Positions 30,201 to 42,579 of a stretch of 64,000 nt of DNA are shown here, piece after piece (position 1 is the stretch's first letter; each line of letters begins with the position of its first letter). A model generated the notes under the pieces. That model worked only from the letters and a program-made list of their open reading frames with translations, was not told where the DNA came from and searched no databases. The DNA comes from Macrostomum lignano (lineage: Eukaryota): positions 124,001-188,000 of the forward strand of contig NIVC01001430.1 in assembly GCA_002269645.1 (NCBI GenBank), in the 5' to 3' direction. Made by a program: the position numbers and the translations under genes.

Positions 30201-33200
30201 TCAAGGTTTTGTGATTAGGTAGATCAAGGTGTTAGGATTAGGTAGATCAAGGTTTTGTGATTAGGTAGATCAAGGTTTTGTGATTAGGTAGATCAAGGTG
30301 CTTGGATTAGGTTGATCAAGGTGCTAGGATTAGGTAGATCAAGGTACTGGGATTAGGTAGATCAAGCTGTTGTGATTAGGTAGATCAAGGTGTTAGGATT
30401 AGGTAGATCAAGGTTTTGTGATTAGGTAGATCAAGCTGTTGTGATTAGGTAGATCAAGGTGTTGGGATTAGGTAGATCAAGGTTTTGTGATTAGGTAGAT
30501 CAAGGTGTTGTGATTAGGTAGATCAAGGTGTTAGGATTAGGTAGATCAAGGTGTTGGGATTAGGTAGATCAAGGTTTTGTGATTAGGTAGATCAAGGTTT
30601 TGTGATTAGGTAGATCAAGGTGTTGTGATTAGGTAGATCAAGGTGCTTGGATTAGGTTGATCAAGGTGCTAGGATTAGGTAGATCAAGGTTTTGTGATTA
30701 GGTAGATCAAGGTGTTAGGATTAGGTAGATCAAGGTTTTGTGATTAGGTAGATCAAGGTGTTGTGATTAGGTAGATCAAGGTGCTTGGATTAGGTTGATC
30801 AAGGTGCTAGGATTAGGTAGATCAAGGTACTGGGATTAGGTAGATCAAGCTGTTGTGATTAGGTAGATCAAGGTGTTAGGATTAGGTAGATCAAGGTTTT
30901 GTGATTAGGTAGATCAAGCTGTTGTGATTAGGTAGATCAAGGTGTTGGGATTAGGTAGATCAAGGTTTTGTGATTAGGTAGATCAAGGTGTTGTGATTAG
31001 GTAGATCAAGGTGTTAGGATTAGGTAGATCAAGGTGTTGGGATTAGGTAGATCAAGGTTTTGTGATTAGGTAGATCAAGGTTTTGTGATTAGGTAGATCA
31101 AGGTGTTGTGATTAGGTAGATCAAGGTGCTTGGATTAGGTTGATCAAGGTGCTAGGATTAGGTAGATCAAGGTACTGGGATTAGGTAGATCAAGCTGTTG
31201 TGATTAGGTAGATCAAGGTGTTAGGATTAGGTAGATCAAGGTGTTGGGATTAGGTAGATCAAGCTGTTGTGATTAGGTAGATCAAGGTGTTGGGATTAGG
31301 TAGATCAAGGTTTTGTGATTAGGTAGATCAAGGTGTTGTGATTAGGTAGATCAAGGTGTTGGGATTAGGTAGATCAAGGTTTTGTGATTAGGTAGATCAA
31401 GGTGTTAGGATTAGGTAGATCAAGGTTTTGTGATTAGGTAGATCAAGGTGCTTGGATTAGGTTGATCAAGGTGCTAGGATTAGGTAGATCAAGGTACTGG
31501 GATTAGGTAGATCAAGCTGTTGTGATTAGGTAGATCAAGGTGTTAGGATTAGGTAGATCAAGGTTTTGTGATTAGGTAGATCAAGCTGTTGTGATTAGGT
31601 AGATCAAGGTGTTGGGATTAGGTAGATCAAGGTTTTGTGATTAGGTAGATCAAGGTGTTGTGATTAGGTAGATCAAGGTGTTAGGATTAGGTAGATCAAG
31701 GTGTTGGGATTAGGTAGATCAAGGTTTTGTGATTAGGTAGATCAAGGTTTTGTGATTAGGTAGATCAAGGTGTTGTGATTAGGTAGATCAAGGTGCTTGG
31801 ATTAGGTTGATCAAGGTGCTAGGATTAGGTAGATCAAGGTACTGGGATTAGGTAGATCAAGCTGTTGTGATTAGGTAGATCAAGGTGTTAGGATTAGGTA
31901 GATCAAGGTGTTGGGATTAGGTAGATCAAGCTGTTGTGATTAGGTAGATCAAGGTGTTGGGATTAGGTAGATCAAGGTTTTGTGATTAGGTAGATCAAGG
32001 TGTTGTGATTAGGTAGATCAAGGTGTTGGGATTAGGTAGATCAAGGTTTTGTGATTAGGTAGATCAAGGTGTTAGGATTAGGTAGATCAAGGTTTTGTGA
32101 TTAGGTAGATCAAGGTTTTGTGATTAGGTAGATCAAGGTGCTTGGATTAGGTTGATCAAGGTGCTAGGATTAGGTAGATCAAGGTACTGGGATTAGGTAG
32201 ATCAAGCTGTTGTGATTAGGTAGATCAAGGTGTTAGGATTAGGTAGATCAAGGTGTTGGGATTAGGTAGATCAAGCTGTTGTGATTAGGTAGATCAAGGT
32301 GTTGGGATTAGGTAGATCAAGGTTTTGTGATTAGGTAGATCAAGGTGTTGTGATTAGGTAGATCAAGGTGTTGGGATTAGGTAGATCAAGGTTTTGTGAT
32401 TAGGTAGATCAAGGTGTTAGGATTAGGTAGATCAAGGTTTTGGGATTAGATAGATCAAGTTGCTTGGATTAGGTTGATCAAGGTGCTGGGATTAAGTAGA
32501 TCAAGGTGCTGGGATTAGGTATTTGATTTGATCTAAACTTTTTGAGGTAGATATTACAGCCAGATAGGGTTTAGATGAAGGATCAGTGCAAGTTATCGAA
32601 GGTGTAGCATCATAATAAAATAATTAGTGTTTTACTACACAAGCAGTAATATGTTTGCAGTTTCGCCTTAAACTCCAAATTTAGCGTACAACAATCAATA
32701 AATATCCAGGTGCGAATTTCTCCTAGAAGACATCTCATTCTGGGCCAGCCACGCGGAGAACACCCGCCTGCTAGGCCTGATCTGCCGCAGTCGGGCAGTT
32801 GACGACGGCAATCTGTTTGCCTGTTTCACCTTCGAGTGCGACAGCGCCGCTGAGCAGGTGTGCGCCAGCATCAGGCAGGCAACTCGGATTGCCTACCAGG
32901 CTTTTGTCAGTCGAAAGAGCGAAGCTGACAAGAAGAAGTCTAAAGAGATGGTGAGTGCGGAGTCTGAGTTTTCTTATGCTGATTTGCTAATGCTTTCTGT
33001 TGATTTTTAAGCATGAATCGTTTCATATAAAACTGCATCTCCCTCTGTGTTTAGTTAAAATGCTAGTTAATAAGATAGTTAGATACTTAGTCAGTTAAGT
33101 TAAGTTAGTTAGTTGAAGGTAGTTAGTTAGTTAGTTAGTTAGTCAGTTAGTTACTTAGTTAGTTAGTTAGTTAGTTAGTTAGTCAGTTAGTTAGTTAGTT

Positions 33201-33236
33201 AGTTAGTCAGTCAGTTAGTCAGTTAGTTAGTTAGTC

Positions 33237-33277
<41 letters not shown>

Positions 33278-33278
33278 C

Positions 33279-33311
<33 letters not shown>

Positions 33312-33384
33312 CAGTTAGTTAGTTAGTTAGTCAGTCAGTTAGTCAGTTAGTTAGTTAGTCAGTTAGTTAGTTAGTTAGTTAGTC

Positions 33385-33427
<43 letters not shown>

Positions 33428-33432
33428 CAGTC

Positions 33433-33480
<48 letters not shown>

Positions 33481-33485
33481 GAAGG

Positions 33486-33561
<76 letters not shown>

Positions 33562-33638
33562 CAGTCAGTTAGTTAGTTAGTTAGTCAGTCAGTTAGTCAG
33601 TTAGTTAGTTAGTCAGTTAGTTAGTTAGTTAGTTAGTC

Positions 33639-33729
<91 letters not shown>

Positions 33730-33734
33730 CAGTC

Positions 33735-33778
<44 letters not shown>

Positions 33779-33783
33779 GAAGG

Positions 33784-33831
<48 letters not shown>

Positions 33832-33860
33832 CAGTCAGTTAGTTAGTTAGTTAGTCAGTC

Positions 33861-33892
<32 letters not shown>

Positions 33893-33897
33893 GAAGG

Positions 33898-33965
<68 letters not shown>

Positions 33966-33966
33966 C

Positions 33967-34002
<36 letters not shown>

Positions 34003-34007
34003 GAAGG

Positions 34008-34059
<52 letters not shown>

Positions 34060-34092
34060 CAGTCAGTCAGTTAGTTAGTTAGTTAGTCAGTC

Positions 34093-34124
<32 letters not shown>

Positions 34125-34129
34125 GAAGG

Positions 34130-34201
<72 letters not shown>

Positions 34202-34230
34202 CAGTCAGTTAGTTAGTTAGTTAGTCAGTC

Positions 34231-34273
<43 letters not shown>

Positions 34274-34446
34274 CAGTTAGTTAGTTAGTCAGTCAGTTAG
34301 TTAGTTAGTCAGTCAGTTAGTTAGTTAGTTAGTTAGTCAGTCAGTTAGTTAGTTAGTCAGTTAGTTAGTCAGTCAGTTAGTTAGTTAGTTTGTTAGTTAG
34401 TTAGTTAGTCAGTTAGTCAGTTAGTTAGTCAGTTAGTCAGTTAGTC

Positions 34447-34481
<35 letters not shown>

Positions 34482-34510
34482 CAGTTAGTTAGTTAGTTAG
34501 TCAGTTAGTC

Positions 34511-34541
<31 letters not shown>

Positions 34542-34581
34542 CAGTTAGTTAGTCAGTTAAGTTAAGTTAGTTAGTTGAAGG

Positions 34582-34621
<40 letters not shown>

Positions 34622-34670
34622 CAGTTAGTTACTTAGTCAGTCAGTCAGTTAGTTAGTTAGTTAGTCAGTC

Positions 34671-34702
<32 letters not shown>

Positions 34703-34707
34703 GAAGG

Positions 34708-34779
<72 letters not shown>

Positions 34780-34808
34780 CAGTCAGTTAGTTAGTTAGTT
34801 AGTCAGTC

Positions 34809-34851
<43 letters not shown>

Positions 34852-35020
34852 CAGTTAGTTAGTTAGTCAGTCAGTTAGTTAGTTAGTCAGTCAGTTAGTT
34901 AGTTAGTTAGTTAGTCAGTCAGTTAGTTAGTTAGTTAGTTAGTCAGTCAGTTAGTTAGTTAGTTTGTTAGTTAGTTAGTTAGTCAGTTAGTCAGTTAGTT
35001 AGTCAGTTAGTCAGTTAGTC

Positions 35021-35059
<39 letters not shown>

Positions 35060-35088
35060 CAGTTAGTTAGTTAGTTAGTCAGTTAGTC

Positions 35089-35119
<31 letters not shown>

Positions 35120-35159
35120 CAGTTAGTTAGTCAGTTAAGTTAAGTTAGTTAGTTGAAGG

Positions 35160-35204
<45 letters not shown>

Positions 35205-35209
35205 GAAGG

Positions 35210-35289
<80 letters not shown>

Positions 35290-35290
35290 C

Positions 35291-35322
<32 letters not shown>

Positions 35323-35327
35323 GAAGG

Positions 35328-35383
<56 letters not shown>

Positions 35384-35416
35384 CAGTCAGTCAGTTAGTT
35401 AGTTAGTTAGTCAGTC

Positions 35417-35448
<32 letters not shown>

Positions 35449-35453
35449 GAAGG

Positions 35454-35521
<68 letters not shown>

Positions 35522-35550
35522 CAGTCAGTTAGTTAGTTAGTTAGTTAGTC

Positions 35551-35585
<35 letters not shown>

Positions 35586-35606
35586 CAGTTAGTTAGTTAG
35601 TCAGTC

Positions 35607-35637
<31 letters not shown>

Positions 35638-35718
35638 CAGTCAGTTAGTTAGTTAGTTAGTTAGTCAGTCAGTTAGTCAGTTAGTTAGTTAGTCAGTTAG
35701 TTAGTTAGTTAGTTAGTC

Positions 35719-35809
<91 letters not shown>

Positions 35810-35814
35810 CAGTC

Positions 35815-35858
<44 letters not shown>

Positions 35859-35863
35859 GAAGG

Positions 35864-35911
<48 letters not shown>

Positions 35912-35940
35912 CAGTCAGTTAGTTAGTTAGTTAGTCAGTC

Positions 35941-35972
<32 letters not shown>

Positions 35973-35977
35973 GAAGG

Positions 35978-36033
<56 letters not shown>

Positions 36034-36034
36034 C

Positions 36035-36070
<36 letters not shown>

Positions 36071-36073
36071 GAG

Positions 36074-36125
<52 letters not shown>

Positions 36126-36158
36126 CAGTCAGTCAGTTAGTTAGTTAGTTAGTCAGTC

Positions 36159-36190
<32 letters not shown>

Positions 36191-36195
36191 GAAGG

Positions 36196-36263
<68 letters not shown>

Positions 36264-36292
36264 CAGTCAGTTAGTTAGTTAGTTAGTCAGTC

Positions 36293-36335
<43 letters not shown>

Positions 36336-36508
36336 CAGTTAGTTAGTTAGTCAGTCAGTTAGTTAGTTAGTCAGTCAGTTAGTTAGTTAGTTAGTTAGTC
36401 AGTCAGTTAGTTAGTTAGTCAGTTAGTTAGTCAGTCAGTTAGTTAGTTAGTTTGTTAGTTAGTTAGTTAGTCAGTTAGTCAGTTAGTTAGTCAGTTAGTC
36501 AGTTAGTC

Positions 36509-36543
<35 letters not shown>

Positions 36544-36572
36544 CAGTTAGTTAGTTAGTTAGTCAGTTAGTC

Positions 36573-36603
<31 letters not shown>

Positions 36604-36643
36604 CAGTTAGTTAGTCAGTTAAGTTAAGTTAGTTAGTTGAAGG

Positions 36644-36683
<40 letters not shown>

Positions 36684-36732
36684 CAGTTAGTTACTTAGTC
36701 AGTCAGTCAGTTAGTTAGTTAGTTAGTCAGTC

Positions 36733-36764
<32 letters not shown>

Positions 36765-36769
36765 GAAGG

Positions 36770-36841
<72 letters not shown>

Positions 36842-36870
36842 CAGTCAGTTAGTTAGTTAGTTAGTCAGTC

Positions 36871-36913
<43 letters not shown>

Positions 36914-37082
36914 CAGTTAGTTAGTTAGTCAGTCAGTTAGTTAGTTAGTCAGTCAGTTAGTTAGTTAGTTAGTTAGTCAGTCAGTTAGTTAGTTAGTTAG
37001 TTAGTCAGTCAGTTAGTTAGTTAGTTTGTTAGTTAGTTAGTTAGTCAGTTAGTCAGTTAGTTAGTCAGTTAGTCAGTTAGTC

Positions 37083-37121
<39 letters not shown>

Positions 37122-37150
37122 CAGTTAGTTAGTTAGTTAGTCAGTTAGTC

Positions 37151-37181
<31 letters not shown>

Positions 37182-37221
37182 CAGTTAGTTAGTCAGTTAA
37201 GTTAAGTTAGTTAGTTGAAGG

Positions 37222-37266
<45 letters not shown>

Positions 37267-37271
37267 GAAGG

Positions 37272-37351
<80 letters not shown>

Positions 37352-37352
37352 C

Positions 37353-37384
<32 letters not shown>

Positions 37385-37389
37385 GAAGG

Positions 37390-37441
<52 letters not shown>

Positions 37442-37507
37442 CAGTCAGTCAGTTAGTTAGTTAGTTAGTCAGTCAGTTAGTTAGTTAGTTAGTCAGCTAG
37501 TTGAAGG

Positions 37508-37579
<72 letters not shown>

Positions 37580-37608
37580 CAGTCAGTTAGTTAGTTAGTT
37601 AGTCAGTC

Positions 37609-37647
<39 letters not shown>

Positions 37648-37816
37648 CAGTTAGTTAGTTAGTCAGTCAGTTAGTTAGTTAGTCAGTCAGTTAGTTAGTT
37701 AGTTAGTTAGTCAGTCAGTTAGTTAGTTAGTTAGTTAGTCAGTCAGTTAGTTAGTTAGTTTGTTAGTTAGTTAGTTAGTCAGTTAGTCAGTTAGTTAGTC
37801 AGTTAGTCAGTTAGTC

Positions 37817-37851
<35 letters not shown>

Positions 37852-37880
37852 CAGTTAGTTAGTTAGTTAGTCAGTTAGTC

Positions 37881-37911
<31 letters not shown>

Positions 37912-37951
37912 CAGTTAGTTAGTCAGTTAAGTTAAGTTAGTTAGTTGAAGG

Positions 37952-37995
<44 letters not shown>

Positions 37996-40900
37996 CAGTT
38001 AGTTACTTAGTCAGTCAGTTAGTCAGTCAGTTAGTTTATACTATTATTAGTGATAAGCAGTAACTATTTGTTATTGATATTAGTTATTTACCCATTAAAA
38101 GGCTCACTGAACATTGATTAGCATAAGGTGCTCGTATTTGAGCTTGTAAGACTTGTGTTGCATTGCGCTAATCCTACTCAGACCTAAACCTGAGTTTCTG
38201 TGTTGTGTTGAGCACTGAACTTCTGGTTTTTGTGCGTCAATTTGTTTATAATTTATACAACTATTAATCATACGAGTAGTAACAATATTAATTATGCATA
38301 TTAATAATTCTGTTCATTTCCCTTCAGCCGATGTATCACTATTTGTTTCAGGACGAGGCCGTAAGTCTCTATTAGAAAACTGACAATAATAAAATATTAT
38401 TAAACGGAGTACTTTGAAATCAATTAGTATGCCAATGTAAATCAATAATTTGGAAATGAGTAAGTTGCATTAAACTGTCCTCAAGGCGTATTAACTGGTT
38501 TGCTTTGATAGTCGGATAATTATGTTTAAATGTCCATAGGCACGTTTTAGATTAGTAAGTACGTTGTCGAGCGAACAATGTGATCTCGGGTATTTCGCTA
38601 GGTGGGATTTTTTAGAATTGTGGGGAATTTCCGCATGGGAATTCTGGTGATTTAGCGAGTGGGGAATTTCTGCATGAAAATTTCGGTTATTTAGCGAGTG
38701 GGGGAATTTCTGCATGGAAATTTCGGTTATTTAGCGAGTAGGGAATTTCTGCATGGGAATTCGGGTGATTTAGCGAGTAGGGAATTTCTGCATGGAAATT
38801 CGGGTGATTTAGCGAGTGGGGAATTTCTGCATGGAAATTCGGGTGATTTAGCGAGTGGGGAATTTCTGCATGGAAATTCGGGTGATTTAGCGAGTGGGGA
38901 ATTTCTGCATGGAAATTCGGGTGATTTAGCGAGTGGGGAATTTCTGCATGGGAATTCGGGTGATTTAGCGAGTGGGGAATTTCTGCATGGGAATTTCGGT
39001 TATTTAGCGAGTGGGGAATTTCCGCATGGGAATTCGGGTGATTTAGCGAGTGGGGAATTTCTGCATGGGAATTCGGGTGATTTAGCGAGTGGGGAATTTC
39101 TGCATGGGAATTCGGGTGATTTAGCGAGTGGGGAATTTCTGCATGGGAATTCGGGTGATTTAGCGAGTGGGGAATTTCTGCATGGGAATTCGGGTGATTT
39201 AGCGAGTGGGGAATTTCTGCATGGGAATTCGGGTGATTTAGCGAGTGGGGAATTTCTGCATGGGAATTTCGGTTATTTAGCGAGTGGGGAATTTCCGCAT
39301 GGGAATTCGGGTGATTTAGCGAGTGGGGAATTTCTGCATGGGAATTCGGGTGATTTAGCGAGTGGGGAATTTCTGCATGGGAATTCGGGTGATTTAGCGA
39401 GTGGGGAATTTCTGCATGGGAATTCGGGTGATTTAGCGAGTGGGGAATTTCTGCATGGGAATTCGGGTGATTTAGCGAGTGGGGAATTTCTGCATGGAAA
39501 TTCGGGTGATTTAGCGAGTAGGGAATTTCTGCATGGAAATTCGGGTGATTTAGCGAGTGGGGAATTTCTGCATGGAAATTCGGGTGATTTAGCGAGTGGG
39601 GAATTTCTGCATGGAAATTCGGGTGATTTAGCGAGTGGGGAATTTCTGCATGGGAATTCGGGTGATTTAGCGAGTGGGGAATTTCTGCATGGGAATTTCG
39701 GTTATTTAGCGAGTGGGGAATTTCCGCATGGGAATTCGGGTGATTTAGCGAGTGGGGAATTTCTGCATGGGAATTCGGGTGATTTAGCGAGTGGGGAATT
39801 TCTGCATGGGAATTCGGGTGATTAAGCGAGTGGGGAATTTCTGGGAATTCTGGTGATTTAGCGAGTGGGGAATTTCTGGGAATTCTGGTGATTTAGCGAG
39901 TGGGGAATTTCTGCATGGGAATTCGGGTGATTTAGCGAGTGGGGAATTTCTGCATGGGAATTCTGGTGATTTAGCGAGTGGGGAATTTCTGCATGCGAAT
40001 TCTGGTGATTTAGCGAGTGGGGAATTTCTGCATGGGAATTCTGGTGATTTAGCGAGTGGGGAATTTCTGGGAATTCTGGTGATTTAGCGAGTGGGGAATT
40101 TCTGGGAATTCTGGTGATTTAGCGAGTGGGGAATTTCTGGGAATTCTGGTGATTTAGCGAGTGGGGATTTTCTGGGAATTCAATGAGTGGGGAATTTCAG
40201 GGAATTCAACGAGTGGGGAATTTCTGGGAATTCGGCGGATTCTGCAAGTAGGGAATTCGGGTCATTTAGCAAGTGGGGAATTTTTTGTGATTCGGGCGAT
40301 TGAGCAGGTGGGGAATCTCTGGGAATGTGGGGATCTAGCGAGTGGATGATTTTAAAGAAATGCGGGGGATTTAGCGAGTGGGAACCTCTAGGATTTCAAG
40401 ACTCGGGGAATCGAATATTTGTAGCAGATTTAGATATGGTGGAACAAGCTCTTAGAAATGCACTCGTCAATATTTGTAAGTCACGCAATAATATATCTGC
40501 CTAACCTTTTTTTTGCATTTTTCTACTTACTGCGCACAACTGTTTCTGTACTTGATTGACGATTATTTATCCTCTTGCTTGCCGATTGAAGCTTTAAAAT
40601 TAACAAACTATCATGCCTATTGCGCACCTTTGAAAAAAACTCGAGTATGGCACAAATCATACGGTTGTCTTCTTTAATTTTGTGATTACCTTAGCAATAG
40701 CTTTTGTCAATTGTGATAATTTCCTTCAATGTGAATGTGAATCTTGTGATTTATTTCTATTTCACTATGGGTTAATCGTGACATCAGTATCAGTATCAGT
40801 AGTATCTGTATATATAATTACTGCGTGTCTAATGAACAGAAATAAGGCCTTATTTAAAATTCCAATACCATAATAAATTAAAAGTTCATTCATCGGCGCA

Positions 40901-42076
40901 TATGCTAATAAGCTACTTCTCAATTCAGTAGTCAGTTTATCTAATCTAATCGGGTCGGGGTCCCTAATTCCGCTATTCAAATTTATACGAGCCCGCAAAT
41001 TACTGAACCCCTTTCACATTTTATGGCCAAACCTCTACACGCGCCCAGGAGTTTAGCTGCAATGTACATTGAATTTCCACGCTGACTTTAAATGTACACT
41101 GTGCCTATTCGGGCCCCTACTTAAAAAAAACCCGACGCCCCTTCTCTACCCTTACTATTTTATGGCCCATCTTCTAGCGCCGGAAAGTTTAAACTGCAAT
41201 GTACATTCAACTGTCGGAGCTGATTGTACATCGTGGCAATCCTCGCACTTAAAAAAACCTTGTGTCGCTTCCCTCGCTCATCTAACACTTTAATGGCCCA
41301 TTTTCTCGAGCGAAGGCTTTTATTAGCTGGGCTTGCATCAGATAGGCTTAAACTGCTGCAAGTGCAAGGGAATATTTCTCTTGCACTTTCCCGCAGTTTT
41401 CCCGCAGGGTTTTTACAGTCGGAATTTCAAGTCAAATCCAGTACTGTCTATAGACAGTACTGGACTAGATTAGAACTAACCTAGACTAGACTAGACTGGA
41501 CTAGGCTAGGCTAGACTAGACTAGACATAAACTGGACTAGATTAAAAGCTAGACTAGATTAAAAACTAGACTAGATTAAAAACTAGACTAGATTAGAACT
41601 AGACTAGATTAGATTTTAAATCCGATTGGATTTGACTTGAAATTCTGACTGTAAAACGCCGCGGGAAAATCTTGGCGGGGAAATCTCGGCGGGAAAAGCT
41701 CGCCGCCGGAAAACCTCGCGCGGGAAATTTTCCTGCGGGAAATTCTCATAGACCCATAAAAAGCCATTTTCGTGTTAAAAATCGCCACTACTTTCTTTAC
41801 TTGCTATCAAAAGTAGGCTATGTCACAAACTTTCTCTAAATATCGTACGGAAATCTTTCTGACATGATTTCATCCTTCTGTTCTTCATTAAAATAACGCG
41901 TACCTTTGTCTTCAAACCCTTTCACCATTCAATTTCAGGCGCTGCTCTTATCCAACATCAATCGACTGCCAGATATGACACCGACATCAGAGGAGGCGCC
42001 TAGTGCTCAGTCAGCAGCTACTCAGCCTCCAGTTACCGAGTCCGAGTCTGACGAACAGCAGCAGCCTGCGGCATGA
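18255..42076 (+). CDS. APPL1: APPL-family adaptor (BAR-PH-PTB; DIP13-alpha-like), about 676-684 aa. Exons 18255-18305, 24285-24443, 24647-24718, 24806-24893, 24988-25029, 25102-25211, 25577-25755, 25936-26322, 27893-28053, 28533-28926, 32710-32950, microexon 38352(or 38328)-38360, 41939-42076
   Basis: N-terminus MSVNKLLLEEAIEDSPQ/THNFLTVFEEDA matches APPL LPIEETLEDSPQTRSLLGVFEEDA. PH domain KSGYL..WDREFFFTQTGNLMRQ..LQAENEIDRDEWI. PTB domain VRFTGSMEV..RQILTARAVHNIF..HAENTRLLG. All introns GT-AG with matching phases. The last two exons are less certain. APPL1 versus APPL2 is not distinguishable. Confidence 0.93.
19010..22786. repeat. Giant near-perfect inverted repeat: arms 19010-20867 and 20928-22786 (~1.86 kb each), 60-bp AT-rich spacer, inside APPL intron 1
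   Basis: Mirror ORFs in the track (19011-19295/22501-22785; 20479-20691/21104-21316). Manual reverse-complement comparison shows about ten substitutions and a few 1-bp indels. Confidence 0.95.
23081..23568. mobile_element. MITE-like element with diverged ~150-bp terminal inverted repeats (23081-23232 / 23413-23568)
   Basis: ATTCTTGGCAAGAGT...TTTGCAGGGGAT matches the reverse complement of ATCCCCTGCAAAC...CTCTTGCCAAGAAT at roughly 80% identity by eye. No coding capacity. Confidence 0.65.
26485..27705. repeat. 19-bp minisatellite (ATGATCTCTCATCTCTGCT)n grading into (CTGATCCCTCATCTCTGCC)n, APPL intron 8
   Basis: Direct reading. Confidence 0.95.
28945..32521. repeat. 23-bp minisatellite (GATTAGGTAGATCAAGGTGTTGG)n with 345-bp (15-mer) higher-order repeat, APPL intron 10
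   Basis: Marker CTTGG at 29611, 29956, 30301, 30646, 30784, 31129, 31451, 31796, 32141, 32463. Confidence 0.97.
33085..38035. repeat. ~4.9-kb (TTAG)n microsatellite with TCAG and TTGAAGGTAG interruptions and a 2062-bp internal duplication, APPL intron 11
   Basis: Markers GTTAAGTTAAG at 34556/35134/36618/37196/37926 and TTTG at 34389/34963/36451/37025. Confidence 0.98.
38588..40230. repeat. 39-bp G-rich minisatellite (GGGAATTCGGGTGATTTAGCGAGTGGGGAATTTCTGCAT)n, APPL intron 12
   Basis: 13-aa period of ORF 38698-39825. Confidence 0.96.
41385..41745. mobile_element. MITE/foldback-like element: 30-bp inverted repeats (41411-41440 / 41627-41656) around an (ACTAG)n pentamer run, flanked by inverted TTTTCCCGC/GCGGGAAA motifs
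   Basis: TTTTACAGTCGGAATTTCAAGTCAAATCCA versus TGGATTTGACTTGAAATTCTGACTGTAAAA (1 mismatch). Confidence 0.7.
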
Positions 42077-42476
42077 GAGTAATTTAATTGACCGAATTTC
42101 AAAAGAGGGACCGTCCCATTGTCAGTGATGAAGTCAAGCAATGCTAACGGTTAATTTTCAAAAGAATAATATAAAATTGATATGTAGCAAGAAATATTAT
42201 TATTATATTTGCTATATTTTAGATTGACCTATATTATCCAGAAGTGGGTCTTCGAATTGAGTTAGGTCTGTTTTGTATATGCCTGCTTGAATCATTTATG
42301 CAGTAATCTGCTAAATTAATTTGTGTTTTTATTGTCGTTTTTATTGTCCATATAATTTTCCATTTCTCGCTTATTAAATGCTTTAATCAATGTTTTACTA
42401 TTATATGTTTCCTATTTTTTTCTGCTTTTGTTGTGTTTAGAAAAACTTCTACAACCCGCTTCGAACAACTCTTGCT

Positions 42477-42482
42477 AATAAA
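42477..42482 (+). terminator. Candidate polyadenylation signal of the APPL gene
   Basis: AATAAA about 400 nt after the stop codon, following a U-rich 3'UTR. Confidence 0.45.
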
Positions 42483-42579
42483 GTTTTTCCCAACAAAGCA
42501 GTTCCATGAAGTGCTTCGTTTGTTCAGATCAAGCGGGTTATGTCGTTGAAACCAAGTGGCTCGTTGATATCATTACTAT

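Noticed and set aside
33085-38035. Telomere or interstitial telomeric sequence
   Set aside because: Unit is TTAG, not TTAGGG or TTAGG, and it lies inside an intron.
38698-39825. 375-aa HGNSGDLASGEFL-repeat ORF and occasional GGGAATTTCC (NF-kB-like) sites
   Set aside because: In-frame 39-bp minisatellite within APPL intron 12. The kB-like site occurs only in a few variant units.
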